Source of the DNA: a virus
Length of the DNA: 64,000 nucleotides
Virus record (IMG/VR): IMGVR_UViG_3300020430_000008
Location: 77,218-141,217 of that record
Strand: one strand, 5' to 3'
Position numbers and translations under genes: made by a program. The notes below the pieces were generated by a model. It made no database searches. It was given only the letters and a program-made list of their open reading frames with translations, and had not been told where the DNA came from. Position 1 is the first letter of the stretch; the number at the start of each line of letters is the position of its first letter. Positions 1-10,370 of this stretch are shown piece after piece.

Positions 1-3000
1 GTCAGCCGCCTCAAACAAAGCACACGGTGAGAAGCCTGCGGAAAAGTCAAAATCTTTCAGAGTATTGATTGCATCTTTAACGCTTGCAGCGCTCGATTGT
101 GCAAGTGCCGGTAAATCTTCTATCTGGGTAATCAGAGACTCGAAGTTGGGCAGCGAAACGACCGAATCGATACCGGAGCCGTCAACAGAAGCCTGCCACC
201 ATTCTCTTGGCATTGTGGCAAGAGTTTGCCAGCCAATGCCGCTAGTCTCTGTAACGCTAGCATCAAGAGTACAAGTCCCAGCGGGAGTTTGCATACCTGA
301 TGCGTTCCACTCGGGAATGTTTGGCAGGGTGGAGTTAGGAATAGATGTGCCGACCTCGCCGATATCCATAGACGCGCCTTCTGAGCCCCAACTGAATCCT
401 TCCATTCTGTTTCTAAGCATGCTAAAAGGTCTTCCACCTCCGGCAATCGCAAATACAAAGTTGCTCAATAAGAAACCAGAAAATGCTTCAACAAATACTC
501 TTCGCCAATCGTCAAGCAGTTCGCCAAATCTAACATCACTAATGTCCGATAAGTTAGCAGCACCAGATGGTCCCAAGCCGTCTAAAGAAATGCCGGGAAT
601 CGCACCGTCTGCCAAGCCGCCGATTGCTTCAATCAATGTCTCCATGCCACCGGGCATTTCAATGTCAGAAAATGCTTCTGTAAATCTAATATTTGGAAAT
701 TGTAATCCACCGGGTGAAGCTGATAAATCTCCTGTGCTGGCGTCAACGCCTCCTAGCGCAAACTGAGGGAAGTTCAAGTCAGGCGCAACAACACCGGGAC
801 TAAATCCTCCACTTGGCAGATGGAAACCCGGCAACTCAGCTAAGTCAGCAGCCTGAACGTCCCAGTCTTGAATATGAATAAACTCGCCGTCTGGTGTCAT
901 CAATTGAATGTCGGGCATGTCAGGGGCAAGTCCCGACCAATCGATCTCGCCTAAACGTGTAACGTCAAGAGGGAAGCCGGTAAGCGGAATCATAAATGGC
1001 ATCAAAGCTGCGCCCATTGCCAGTTCAATATCCTTCACAAAGCAACTCAAATCAATACTAGGAGGCTCGAAATCAAACGAAGGAACACCAACTGTAGCGA
1101 TTTTTTGGATAATGAGCTTGAGATCATCGCAGGTTAACTCTGCCAAGATGTTCTCTAAAGAATTTGTCATGTCATCTGCTGCATCAGCAACAATATCATC
1201 AGCATCTGTATCTGCTTCGACACTGACATCGGTGCCGCAAACGGACGGAATCATTGAGTTTACAGCATCGATTTGATCTTGCAGAGCGCTGATTTCATCG
1301 CCAATCTGATCTGCAATACCTTGCAAATGATCCGTCGAAATGCCCATATCAATCATAAGCTGAATCAGATCGTCACAGCTAACATCCAACATGTCCATTA
1401 ACTGCTGTAACAAATCAGATAATAAGTCCTCTGGGAGTTGTAGCATGAACTGTTTGATTAGTGCGTCCACAGAGAATTGGCTTAAAGCTGCTTCAAGCAA
1501 AGCTGCATAAATATTGTCCAGTCCTAACTCAGCCATAAGCTTCGCCATGGCTTGCTCAATCAGTTTAGGAATAGAAATCTTTTGCAACAACTCAGCATAT
1601 ACATCATCGAGCGAGTTGATTTTATCAAGCACAATTGGTATGTTTGCAACGATATTATCGCCAGCCGGTATCGCAACGTCAAAGCGCGCTGCAGCCATGT
1701 TAGACAAGAAGTCTGGATCTTCCAGCTTGAGATTTTCAAAAGCAATATCCTTCGGCGTTTTGATAGGCAAAGCATTCATCTTGTTTGCAATGCTGCCCAT
1801 ATCTGCAAGCTTGGGAACATTAAGCCCACTAGGTGGCGTGGGTCTGATTTCCAGTGGCGGATATGTGTATTGTGTAAGGTACGTCATCCATGGCGGCGAC
1901 AAAGAAATCATCTCTGGCTTCTTCGCGTCACTGAACATGTTATTGCCTTGCAGAATGTAGTGCATCAAACGCGCAGACGACGCAGGAATTTGTGAGGCAA
2001 AGTTATTAAATCCGATAGTTTGAGGCATGCCAATGCCGGTGTCGTCTGGATATACAATTACGTGCGTTGGGTTGAACTCTCCATCTGTACCGATTTCGAT
2101 TATGTCTTCGTGGTCTTTTCTCAAATCATAGCCATTTGCCTTGAACAGCTTCTTTAATGCCGGAACGAACGACTTGATCGATTGACCCCATTTTTTGGGT
2201 GAGAAATCTTGCGAACCTCTGATGGTGCCGGGAAACATATCGACAGAAGCTTGCAAGTTCTCCATAGTGTTTCCGACCTTGTTGAGCTTTTTTTGGATTG
2301 TATCTGACTGGTACATGACACTGCGATGCCCTGTTCTGACCTCTGTTGCAGACGCAAAAGTCCGAACCATTCGCGGAACAGCCATCAAGTGAGAGTAGTT
2401 TACAGAAATTAATGCCTTAATAGACTCGCCGGGGCGCTCGGGTAAAAATGTTTTTTCTAACTTGGCAAAGTTATACAAGTCTTTATTTAAGTGTGCAACG
2501 CCATTGTCGAGCGTGTGTACGTCATAACCAGTTGGCAAGCGGTCGTAATAAACACAAAGCTGTTTGATACCAATACGCTTAGCCTGCTCCGCGAGCATGT
2601 CCATAAGCTCACGGTCTTTGTGCCCTGTGTTCACTGTTGTCATGAACTTCAATTCTTTTTCGTCAAGCCATGGTTCACATGCAAGCATTTCATACCACGG
2701 CGAACCCAATGACCATGACGATATCTTGCGCTTCTTATGCTTGACATATTTGGGAGAAGGCAATGTTGATGGACCTTGCCAACAAAGAACGCCGTACTTT
2801 AAACCACGAAGATGGACGCGCTCGCAATAGCCGACAACGTTATAAAAGTCAACTGACCGGTCGAGATCCTGAACTCTGATCTTGCACCACTTAGAACCGG
2901 GACCGATGCCTTCGTCAAGTAGCGTAATAATAGTAAGGTGCTCAGCTTCTGCAACAGTTTGAGATCTGGGGTTTGCGAACTTTTTAATCTTTATCTTCTT

Positions 3001-3324
3001 GTTACCCGGCTCACCTTCAAATGTAATAGGCTCGGTGTAAAAATAGTGCGTACCTAAGCTGCTTTCAAAAGAGCCCGGTATCGCGTCACCCGCATCCCAC
3101 TGAGCGGTAAGGCACTCTTCCTGTGGACAATCTCGTAACTCTTCATCAGTATACCTTTGCATGATTGGCGCAGTCGGAACAGCAGACTGACCCGTGGCAG
3201 AGCCGTGCGCCATTTCTCTTGATTCAGTGTTGACAGACGCATAGAAAGGGTTGGCGGCGATAGAGATCGTCAAACCCGATTCGTCAGTTTCTGTCGTAAA
3301 TGTTACTGCTTCTAAATTAATCAT
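1..3324 (-). CDS. Large virion/tail-associated protein (>1100 aa), runs off the left edge; N-terminal SH3b-like segment
   Basis: ATG at 3324 (MINLEAVTF...). Both ends of the frame read as sensible protein (...FSPCALFEAAD at position 1); it is absent from the ORF track because no stop falls in the window. SH3b-like pattern KIKKFANPRSQTVAE...KWCKI...GYCERVHL; lies next to baseplate genes. Confidence 0.7.
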   Translation of the reverse strand, partial: MINLEAVTFTTETDESGLTISIAANPFYASVNTESREMAHGSATGQSAVPTAPIMQRYTDEELRDCPQEECLTAQWDAGDAIPGSFESSLGTHYFYTEPITFEGEPGNKKIKIKKFANPRSQTVAEAEHLTIITLLDEGIGPGSKWCKIRVQDLDRSVDFYNVVGYCERVHLRGLKYGVLCWQGPSTLPSPKYVKHKKRKISSWSLGSPWYEMLACEPWLDEKELKFMTTVNTGHKDRELMDMLAEQAKRIGIKQLCVYYDRLPTGYDVHTLDNGVAHLNKDLYNFAKLEKTFLPERPGESIKALISVNYSHLMAVPRMVRTFASATEVRTGHRSVMYQSDTIQKKLNKVGNTMENLQASVDMFPGTIRGSQDFSPKKWGQSIKSFVPALKKLFKANGYDLRKDHEDIIEIGTDGEFNPTHVIVYPDDTGIGMPQTIGFNNFASQIPASSARLMHYILQGNNMFSDAKKPEMISLSPPWMTYLTQYTYPPLEIRPTPPSGLNVPKLADMGSIANKMNALPIKTPKDIAFENLKLEDPDFLSNMAAARFDVAIPAGDNIVANIPIVLDKINSLDDVYAELLQKISIPKLIEQAMAKLMAELGLDNIYAALLEAALSQFSVDALIKQFMLQLPEDLLSDLLQQLMDMLDVSCDDLIQLMIDMGISTDHLQGIADQIGDEISALQDQIDAVNSMIPSVCGTDVSVEADTDADDIVADAADDMTNSLENILAELTCDDLKLIIQKIATVGVPSFDFEPPSIDLSCFVKDIELAMGAALMPFMIPLTGFPLDVTRLGEIDWSGLAPDMPDIQLMTPDGEFIHIQDWDVQAADLAELPGFHLPSGGFSPGVVAPDLNFPQFALGGVDASTGDLSASPGGLQFPNIRFTEAFSDIEMPGGMETLIEAIGGLADGAIPGISLDGLGPSGAANLSDISDVRFGELLDDWRRVFVEAFSGFLLSNFVFAIAGGGRPFSMLRNRMEGFSWGSEGASMDIGEVGTSIPNSTLPNIPEWNASGMQTPAGTCTLDASVTETSGIGWQTLATMPREWWQASVDGSGIDSVVSLPNFESLITQIEDLPALAQSSAASVKDAINTLKDFDFSAGFSPCALFEAAD

Positions 3325-3348
3325 TTATTAGTAATGCCTTCGCATATG

Positions 3349-4281
3349 TTAGTTGGTGTTGTTGTACCTACTATTAATATACTTTCCACCCGCAACACTG
3401 AAATATGTTTGCTTGAACATAATCAAGTTTGCGCGTTGTGTCATCAATGATCTTTTTGTATCAGCCAGAAGATCAATGACGTTTTGAATACCGCTAGCCA
3501 TAGCAGGCGGTGAAGGAGATGTGGGGGCTCCAAAGAATGGAGAATGGTGAAAGTGAGTTGCTAATGCTGTGTTATATTTCATTTGGTACATCAAGAAGTT
3601 GTCTGTAATACCGATTAGTTTATCAACATGATCTGTAAGTCTAACTAGAGCTTCCTCAAGGTTGTTACCCAAAGGAATAGGTTGTAAATCTTCATCATCA
3701 TTTCCAGCAATAAGGTCAATACCGCTGATTTGGTCAACTGCACCGCCTTGTGAATTCTTTTTGTCTGTCTTAGTAACAAGTTTAATACCTTCACGGGCAA
3801 CAATTCTGACACCATCGGCTTTCAAGCCAATAGCTGATTTGGCAGAAGCATTGCCGACATTTCCATCAGCCAAACCAAAGTTTGTGTCAACGTCAGTCTT
3901 TTGGCTGATGTGAATCCTTGCAGCATCAAGCTTAAAGTTTGGATCCGTACTAACCGGGTCGCCTTCTGTTGTAGCAGTTGCGGCGAGGTTAGCCATTCTA
4001 CCAGCAACCATGTCAATTGATGCACAGTGGGTGTCACCAGAGCCGCCGTAACCACTCAAGCGGCTACCGGGTCTATCGCGACCTAAAACAATATTTGCAT
4101 TAGATGCGCACGTTAAAACATTCTCGGTTTCCGACTGAATAAATCGTGGGTTAGGTTCTGCAATTTTCGTTCCACCAATACCTCGACCAAGACCTCTTGA
4201 TTGCGCAGAATTACTTTCAGCAAGTGCTCTCTTTTGTGTCGGAGATAGGTTTGCGGTATCTACCGCCTTTCTTTTTCCCAT
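3349..4281 (-). CDS. Baseplate spike / gp5-like C-terminal beta-helix protein
   Basis: Beta-strand repeats (ARIHISQKTDVD, IGLKADGVRIVAREGIKL), PIPLGNNL and an HxH (THFHH) tip motif; adjacent to an OB-fold lysin. Confidence 0.6.
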   Translation of the reverse strand: MGKRKAVDTANLSPTQKRALAESNSAQSRGLGRGIGGTKIAEPNPRFIQSETENVLTCASNANIVLGRDRPGSRLSGYGGSGDTHCASIDMVAGRMANLAATATTEGDPVSTDPNFKLDAARIHISQKTDVDTNFGLADGNVGNASAKSAIGLKADGVRIVAREGIKLVTKTDKKNSQGGAVDQISGIDLIAGNDDEDLQPIPLGNNLEEALVRLTDHVDKLIGITDNFLMYQMKYNTALATHFHHSPFFGAPTSPSPPAMASGIQNVIDLLADTKRSLMTQRANLIMFKQTYFSVAGGKYINSRYNNTN

Positions 4282-4301
4282 ATTATTATCCTTTATCCGG
4301 G

Positions 4302-7300
4302 TTAACCGCCAGTGTAGGGTCCACCCGGTGTCATATTTTGATTACCTGCGGCACACAAGCGTCCGTATCTTGAGTGACCTTTGGCTTTCGCGTTACATTC
4401 AAGTCCTAATGCGGAGAACGGATCTACCTTACTGCTATTGTATGCATCCCCTGTCCACAAACTGTAGTGCAAATGCACACCGGTAGATTTACCGGTGGTG
4501 CCCATTGTCCCAACAACATCGCCGGCACTTACTCTCTGACCGCTAGTAACTTGAATTGTGTGCAGGTGCATATACTGTGAGGTCATGCCATCGTCATGCT
4601 TGACATTTACAATTTTACCGCCCGAGACTGAAGACGGATTGATGCTCGATACAACACCGTTAGCTATAGAAAAAATAGGAATAGTGCCGGGATTTCCACT
4701 AGAAACCGGGTCTAACGAAATAGTATCAATACCGGGATGGTTACTGGAACCAAAACCACCGGGTGGTGGGCGGGGTCCAAAATCTGACGAAATGGCGGGG
4801 GAGCCGCCCGATGGCCAGTCTCCTTGGAACTCGCCTAAAGCTGCAACCTGTGCTGCCGTCAAGGGCGCTCCACCAGCCGAACCTGCTCCACCTCCACCGC
4901 CTGCACCACCGCCACCGGGGGCACACTGTTCAGGCGCGTTAGCCGAGGCTGCAGCGCTGCCGGGGGCAACACTAGCACTTCCAACAGCAAGCGCGGTTGA
5001 CGGCGGTGTGGGCACGCCAGCGCCGGAAAAGAAGCCATTTACTAAGCCCATAAACTTCTCCCAGTCAAATGTCTCATTACCTGCAGCATTGGGCGAGTAT
5101 GAGTTAATCTGGAAGCGAGCGCCGGGAAAAGCCTCACCACCTGACGGTCCTTTGTTGGAGCCATCGCTGGCAATACCGCCGTAAGGATAAGAAATGCCTT
5201 GTGGGTGTGGGTTCTGCAAAAGTGTGCCGGGGTCAGACTTTCTCATTGTCATTTCGTCATGACCAAAAATGTGCGTTCTGTCTACGGCAATTTGATTTCT
5301 TTTGCAAATATTAGCAACTAAGAATGCAAGGTTTTCATACATAACTTGAGTGTACCACTTGCCGGGTTGCTCTGCCTCTTCCTTGGGAATACCTGTGATC
5401 TCAATGCTAATTCCAGTTCCGTTAGAGTTATTAACATATTTATCTGTTCCACCAGCAAGATTTCTGCGACCTCCTTGTGATGAAGGCGGGGATGCGTTAG
5501 AAAGAGCACCACCATTGCCGAATGCAACGTCGCTTTCTTTTACAAATTGATATACAAAACCACCCGTGTTAATACCGTAATGTGTTGAGACACCCGCACC
5601 GGTACGACAAAATACCTCACCACCTGCCAACTGGCTTGCGCCGGCTGTGGTGTGAATAACAATATGATCAATAGTTGCTGGTGATCGGCTGCTAGTCCGG
5701 AACGCAGATGAGACTGCAGGGAACCAGCCGCCTTGATTGCCGCCCGTAATAGGACTGCTGAAATTGATGTATCCAAATGCTGGGTATGCGTCTAAGCTAC
5801 CTGCACCAGAAGCTGTGCCTGACTCGGTGGCTTGCTCGTAACATTTCTTTATGATGTTGCCTTCCCAGACGCCGCCTTCTTGACGGCATTCCGCTTCCGA
5901 CAGGACGCCTCCAATCACCCTTCCTCGGTCAGAGCCGTAATACGCATCTGCGTCAGCAATCTCGTCTTCTAAGCCTGAGTCCATGTCTGTTCCATCGCCC
6001 GAGGCTGACCCTTCGCCATCATAACCTAACTCTGTTGCAGCGCTTTGCGCAACCGAAGAGGCTGCTTGACCGTAAGACTCCATGTCACTGCCATCAGCAA
6101 ATGTGGACATTGATTGGGCTTGTTGAATTGCCATCATGTATTGTTCCAAACTGATCTTGTGCATAGCAGGGTTAGTCTCTGCAATGCGATTGTATGCTTG
6201 AATCGCCTCCATAGCGAGGCGAATTTCAGCCGAAAAATGTTCAAAGTTGCCGGGATTAATAGCGCCACCCTCTTGTTGACGCTCATATGCAATGGGGCTG
6301 TATCTGTGAAAGTTTTTAATCATCTCCCAGCGTGTGCTTTTCCAACAAGGCACATTTTCTTCCGCGTTCAGCCAATCCCACCACATGACAGACCAAGCCA
6401 CCTGCGCTTTGATGGGCGGGTTAGGCTTAGGAAATGTGGGAAAGATTTGACTTGTAACCTCATCTGCCACATCAGCAACAGTGTCAAGGATCTCATCAAT
6501 CACTTCAACTTCTTGCTCAACAAACGTAGACTCGGGACGAAGCGCAATGATTGCGTCATAACAATCGCCGGGACAGCCATCAGGGTACACGCTGGATGTA
6601 TTGCCCTCGTACACAGACACAACATCGCCGCTCGTTGGGCTGGTATACGTGATTACGTTGCTGGTGTCGATTGTATAGTCAGCCCATCCGTCAGACCATT
6701 CCATGACCGGGACTTCTACCAATTCAGTTTCAATTGTTGGCGGCGTAGCCTCTACCGGTGGAGGATCCTCGACCACTACAGGATCAGGCGGGAGTTCACA
6801 TCGACGATCAACTCCGATTTCCTCATCTGAACATTCGATAATAGAACCAAAATACCCTGTTGCCCAGTCTTTAACGTCTAATCCGGGGTTACCGGGACCG
6901 GGGCTTGGCAAGTGTGCAGGATCAGTTTCTTCATCTCTCACCTCGCCAATAACTGCAGGCTCTTCGATAGCGCCAAGGAAATCAAGCTCTTCTTTCATAC
7001 GAAATGGCGGCTTCTCGGAAGTGATTTGATAATCTTCCCAACCAGAACCCATAACGCCAAAGGCAGGAATGATAAACTTGAATCCAACATTCATATAATC
7101 GTTTAAAACTTGAACAAAATCTTCTTGCTTGAGAGCTTCCGAGCCCTTTTGAGAAACGATTTTGACTTCGCCAGTTGACTCGTTAACTTTAATAACTGAC
7201 ATTCCAGAAGTAGACAGGATTTGTGCAATCGACCAATCTACGTCGGAGAAACAATAATAAGGGAACGAGTCTTTGTATCTAATCGATACTTCCCCATCTT

Positions 7301-8570
7301 CACCGTCTACTGTTGTAACAGTATATTCTGCAGATGGCATCCATGGGTTTGAAAATCCAAGCTGTAGACTGTTTGCCAATGCTGCCTTCTTCATTTGGCT
7401 TGTGACGTACTTAGCTTGTCGGGCGTACTTGTCTTTGTTACCGGGAGACAGATAGCCCCACGATGGAGTCATGACCATGCCCTTACACGGCAAGTCAGTT
7501 GCCACCTCTGTCATGTACTCAACAAACTTAGATGCTTTGCCGGGGTAGGGTGTACCTGAAATATACACGTTGATGCCACCCATGGCGAACATGCGCGCAT
7601 AATCTTTTAATTTGTTACGATTGGCAAACCTTGTTTTGCCAGAACTTTGATGTATCGCCTCAAGAACTACATACCCCATGTCAGCCCACAGAGCGCGTGT
7701 CAGGGCAACCAACGGAGTTGGCATGTTTCTGCTTGTCAGCGATGTTCTGCTAATAAAAATACCCTTCATGTCCATAGGACTACCACAAGTTGTGATCTCG
7801 CCATGAGGATCACGACCGGGACACAAAGGTTGTGTTACGTTGATGCCAGAAAGGAACTCCATCATGCAGTCAAAATCACAATCGGCTGGCAAGCCAAACG
7901 GATTGACTGGTCCAGCGGAAACTGCTTCTCCGCCCATTGCATCGCCTGATGCTCCAGCAGCGGTCTGCGGCACATCTGTGGGGAACTGTTCTTGCGGCGG
8001 GCAAGAGCCTCCAAGTTTAACAGGATTGTTTTCGCGGGTCACAACATTCTTAATAATCAGCCCGCCGCCTGCTGCATCGCCACCACCGCTAGCATCGTCT
8101 GCGTTGACGCTTACGATAACGACATCTCCACACTCAGGCATCTCGATATCTTGAGATGAAGCATAGAATGTTGGGTGCATATTGATGTAAAACTGGTGTA
8201 TGCCAGATGTACCGTCGCATCCATATTTGTCAGGCTCGGGAATTCCTGCATGTAGTGCGGGAATACGCGCCTTGATTTTAATTGTCTCGGGCATGGCGAC
8301 ACCAAGAATGTCATCATACCATGCAGTCATCCAGCTAGAGCCGGCTGCAGCCATCAGGTTAACTTTGTCAACTCGCAGTACAATAGCAGCATAGTTGCCG
8401 CCCATTGCCTTCTTGGGGATCGCAGCTTCTTTAGCTTGCCCCATGAGTTGTCCCATCGCAGATGTGCGATAGCGACTATTAACACCGGGAGTCTTCTTCG
8501 GAGAACTGGGCTTTTTATTACCGCCGAGTTTACCCCAGCCTAAATCCTTGAACGGACCCTTTCTTGCCAT
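4302..8570 (-). CDS. Virion-associated multidomain lysin: gp5/Vgr-like OB fold, possible glycoside-hydrolase-like domain, Amidase_2, C-terminal M23 peptidase
   Basis: IKARIP...MPECGDVVIV (OB fold); IVIHTTAG, STHYGI, GISIE, IFGHDE, KSDPG (amidase); ISSDFGPR, HPGID, YMHL, STGVHLHY (M23). Confidence 0.85.
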   Translation of the reverse strand: MARKGPFKDLGWGKLGGNKKPSSPKKTPGVNSRYRTSAMGQLMGQAKEAAIPKKAMGGNYAAIVLRVDKVNLMAAAGSSWMTAWYDDILGVAMPETIKIKARIPALHAGIPEPDKYGCDGTSGIHQFYINMHPTFYASSQDIEMPECGDVVIVSVNADDASGGGDAAGGGLIIKNVVTRENNPVKLGGSCPPQEQFPTDVPQTAAGASGDAMGGEAVSAGPVNPFGLPADCDFDCMMEFLSGINVTQPLCPGRDPHGEITTCGSPMDMKGIFISRTSLTSRNMPTPLVALTRALWADMGYVVLEAIHQSSGKTRFANRNKLKDYARMFAMGGINVYISGTPYPGKASKFVEYMTEVATDLPCKGMVMTPSWGYLSPGNKDKYARQAKYVTSQMKKAALANSLQLGFSNPWMPSAEYTVTTVDGEDGEVSIRYKDSFPYYCFSDVDWSIAQILSTSGMSVIKVNESTGEVKIVSQKGSEALKQEDFVQVLNDYMNVGFKFIIPAFGVMGSGWEDYQITSEKPPFRMKEELDFLGAIEEPAVIGEVRDEETDPAHLPSPGPGNPGLDVKDWATGYFGSIIECSDEEIGVDRRCELPPDPVVVEDPPPVEATPPTIETELVEVPVMEWSDGWADYTIDTSNVITYTSPTSGDVVSVYEGNTSSVYPDGCPGDCYDAIIALRPESTFVEQEVEVIDEILDTVADVADEVTSQIFPTFPKPNPPIKAQVAWSVMWWDWLNAEENVPCWKSTRWEMIKNFHRYSPIAYERQQEGGAINPGNFEHFSAEIRLAMEAIQAYNRIAETNPAMHKISLEQYMMAIQQAQSMSTFADGSDMESYGQAASSVAQSAATELGYDGEGSASGDGTDMDSGLEDEIADADAYYGSDRGRVIGGVLSEAECRQEGGVWEGNIIKKCYEQATESGTASGAGSLDAYPAFGYINFSSPITGGNQGGWFPAVSSAFRTSSRSPATIDHIVIHTTAGASQLAGGEVFCRTGAGVSTHYGINTGGFVYQFVKESDVAFGNGGALSNASPPSSQGGRRNLAGGTDKYVNNSNGTGISIEITGIPKEEAEQPGKWYTQVMYENLAFLVANICKRNQIAVDRTHIFGHDEMTMRKSDPGTLLQNPHPQGISYPYGGIASDGSNKGPSGGEAFPGARFQINSYSPNAAGNETFDWEKFMGLVNGFFSGAGVPTPPSTALAVGSASVAPGSAAASANAPEQCAPGGGGAGGGGGAGSAGGAPLTAAQVAALGEFQGDWPSGGSPAISSDFGPRPPPGGFGSSNHPGIDTISLDPVSSGNPGTIPIFSIANGVVSSINPSSVSGGKIVNVKHDDGMTSQYMHLHTIQVTSGQRVSAGDVVGTMGTTGKSTGVHLHYSLWTGDAYNSSKVDPFSALGLECNAKAKGHSRYGRLCAAGNQNMTPGGPYTGG

Positions 8571-8574
8571 ATCA

Positions 8575-8871
8575 TTAAGACTCCTTGATCAGATCATAAA
8601 GCTGATCCTTGTCTGAATCAGAAAGCGAGATGCCGCCGTCTGCAGACTCTTTCTTTAGAAGAAGACCGGAAATCTTAACTAGTTGTTCGTTGGAGCGTTG
8701 GAGTGTTTCGACATACTTTGCAGCGGTCATGCCAACTTCGCGGTGAGTCGAGTCACCCTTCGCAAGAAACTGAATCACATCATCAAGAAGCTCTTTGGTC
8801 ACATCACGATCTTCTCGAATGTTCTCAACTGCTTCCTTTAAATAATCATCGATTTCTTGCTTTTTGCTCAT
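8575..8871 (-). CDS. Hypothetical helical protein
   Basis: 98-aa ORF coupled to the sigma-like gene by an ATGA overlap. Confidence 0.7.
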   Translation of the reverse strand: MSKKQEIDDYLKEAVENIREDRDVTKELLDDVIQFLAKGDSTHREVGMTAAKYVETLQRSNEQLVKISGLLLKKESADGGISLSDSDKDQLYDLIKES

Positions 8872-9554
8872 AATTTGCCCTCATTCCAATCTTTCTTAAA
8901 AGCCCTGTATTTAGCCCTCATTTTGTTGAGGTTGTTTACAATCTGCTTCGTATTAAGACCGGTGATCTCTCTAATGTATAAGTAAATAGCTTTCTTGTTA
9001 AAAATTTCAATTGAATCAGGGTGCTCAAGAAGCAGCTTTATAGCCTCCAAAACCTTTTGCTCGTTAGGCTTAAGGTTTCCCGTATCCCATGATTCCATTT
9101 CTTTCCAAAGTTGAGTCCAAAATTCTTTCTCTACGCGGTTAGCATAATATCCATGATCAACAATCAGCTTTTCATCAAGCACTGGCTTGATCATGATATC
9201 TTCGATTGGGATCTCAGTTCTCTTTGCTTTTGAGTTTTTCTTGACCTTGGCGATGAACCAGTTTTTAGTGATCACTGAAAAGTACGAGAAGGCTTTAGAA
9301 CCTTTGCTTGGATTATACTTTTGAATAACCGTAGTGAGCCAGATCTTACACTCATCTCGCAACGAGTCGATGTTTGGCAGTGTAGTAAAGCGATAAGTAA
9401 AAACAATCTTGTCAACCATCTCGCTGAACACTGGTCCAATCAATGTAGAGTACAAATGCTCTCTTTCTTCTAAGTTTGTGCTATTGTTGTAATCAATGAT
9501 AGCCTGTTCATGCACCTTGGTAAAATATGATGTCTTTCTACGCCTCTTCGCCAT
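8868..9554 (-). CDS. Phage sigma-factor-like protein (T4 gp55-like late sigma)
   Basis: Region-2-like KYNPSKGSKAFSYFSVITKNW, similar to the gp55 family; C-terminal HTH-like IREITGLNTKQI. Confidence 0.7.
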   Translation of the reverse strand: MAKRRRKTSYFTKVHEQAIIDYNNSTNLEEREHLYSTLIGPVFSEMVDKIVFTYRFTTLPNIDSLRDECKIWLTTVIQKYNPSKGSKAFSYFSVITKNWFIAKVKKNSKAKRTEIPIEDIMIKPVLDEKLIVDHGYYANRVEKEFWTQLWKEMESWDTGNLKPNEQKVLEAIKLLLEHPDSIEIFNKKAIYLYIREITGLNTKQIVNNLNKMRAKYRAFKKDWNEGKL

Positions 9555-9882
9555 CTACGGCTTCTCCTTCTTCATCAGCTTCTGCTCCTAAATTCTCATA
9601 TCCCTCAGCAACTTTATAAATGTCATCAAACTCAGAAAGCATTTGCACAACAAGTTCAGAATGTTGCAGCAAACCTTGCAAAGTTTGATCCCCATAGAAG
9701 GTTTCCATGGAGTGGACCGCCTCAAGGTGTTCTGAAAATCTCAGCATTACCTCGTTGACTTCTCCTAAGTTGTTTGAAACAAAAAACAGTTTCGTTAATA
9801 AATTTCTAATGAACCAAAAAGCGACTGCATTAAGTGCAACAGAAATCACGAGTAAGGTTATTAATATTTGTACTGTTGTCAT
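9538..9882 (-). CDS. Single-pass membrane protein
   Basis: N-terminal hydrophobic helix, acidic tail. Confidence 0.65.
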   Translation of the reverse strand: MTTVQILITLLVISVALNAVAFWFIRNLLTKLFFVSNNLGEVNEVMLRFSEHLEAVHSMETFYGDQTLQGLLQHSELVVQMLSEFDDIYKVAEGYENLGAEADEEGEAVDGEEA

Positions 9883-10151
9883 TTACTTTCCTCGTAATCA
9901 GCAGTTTGCAGATCAGACTTTTCTCTATTCAGTTCTTCTCTTGCCTCCCTGATGTGCTGCTCGACAAGCGCACCAACCTTGTTTCCCGTGGGGGCAGGGG
10001 AAGCGTTGGTCTTGATGAATGTCATTGCAGGTACGCGGACTAGTGTTTCTTGCTCTTCACATTTAATGCAATCAGTCAAACACTCTTTCATCGAGTGGAC
10101 TGTCTCAAACACGTCTTCGCACTGCTCGCAGCGGTAAGTGTATCTGGGCAT
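9879..10151 (-). CDS. FmdB-family zinc ribbon protein
   Basis: MPRYTYRCEQC...FE...CIKC. Confidence 0.85.
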   Translation of the reverse strand: MPRYTYRCEQCEDVFETVHSMKECLTDCIKCEEQETLVRVPAMTFIKTNASPAPTGNKVGALVEQHIREAREELNREKSDLQTADYEESK

Positions 10152-10153
10152 GT

Positions 10154-10360
10154 CTATTCCGTATCTGGAGTAGACTCCCCATCATTTGCGCGCAGAATGG
10201 GCGGGTTGGTAACAACCAATCCATCATTGTCATCGAATACAAAATTGAATCCCTTCAATACTGGTACGATGTCGGTTTGCGTTAGCAGTGAGTTCTGTAG
10301 CGCCAGCATAACTGCTCCAAGCGCCTGATCAGATAAAGTAATATTCTTAGGTGTAGGCAT
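10154..10360 (-). CDS. Hypothetical protein
   Basis: 68-aa ORF with an AGGAG RBS, packed between neighbours. Confidence 0.65.
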   Translation of the reverse strand: MPTPKNITLSDQALGAVMLALQNSLLTQTDIVPVLKGFNFVFDDNDGLVVTNPPILRANDGESTPDTE

Positions 10361-10370
10361 TTCGATCTCC

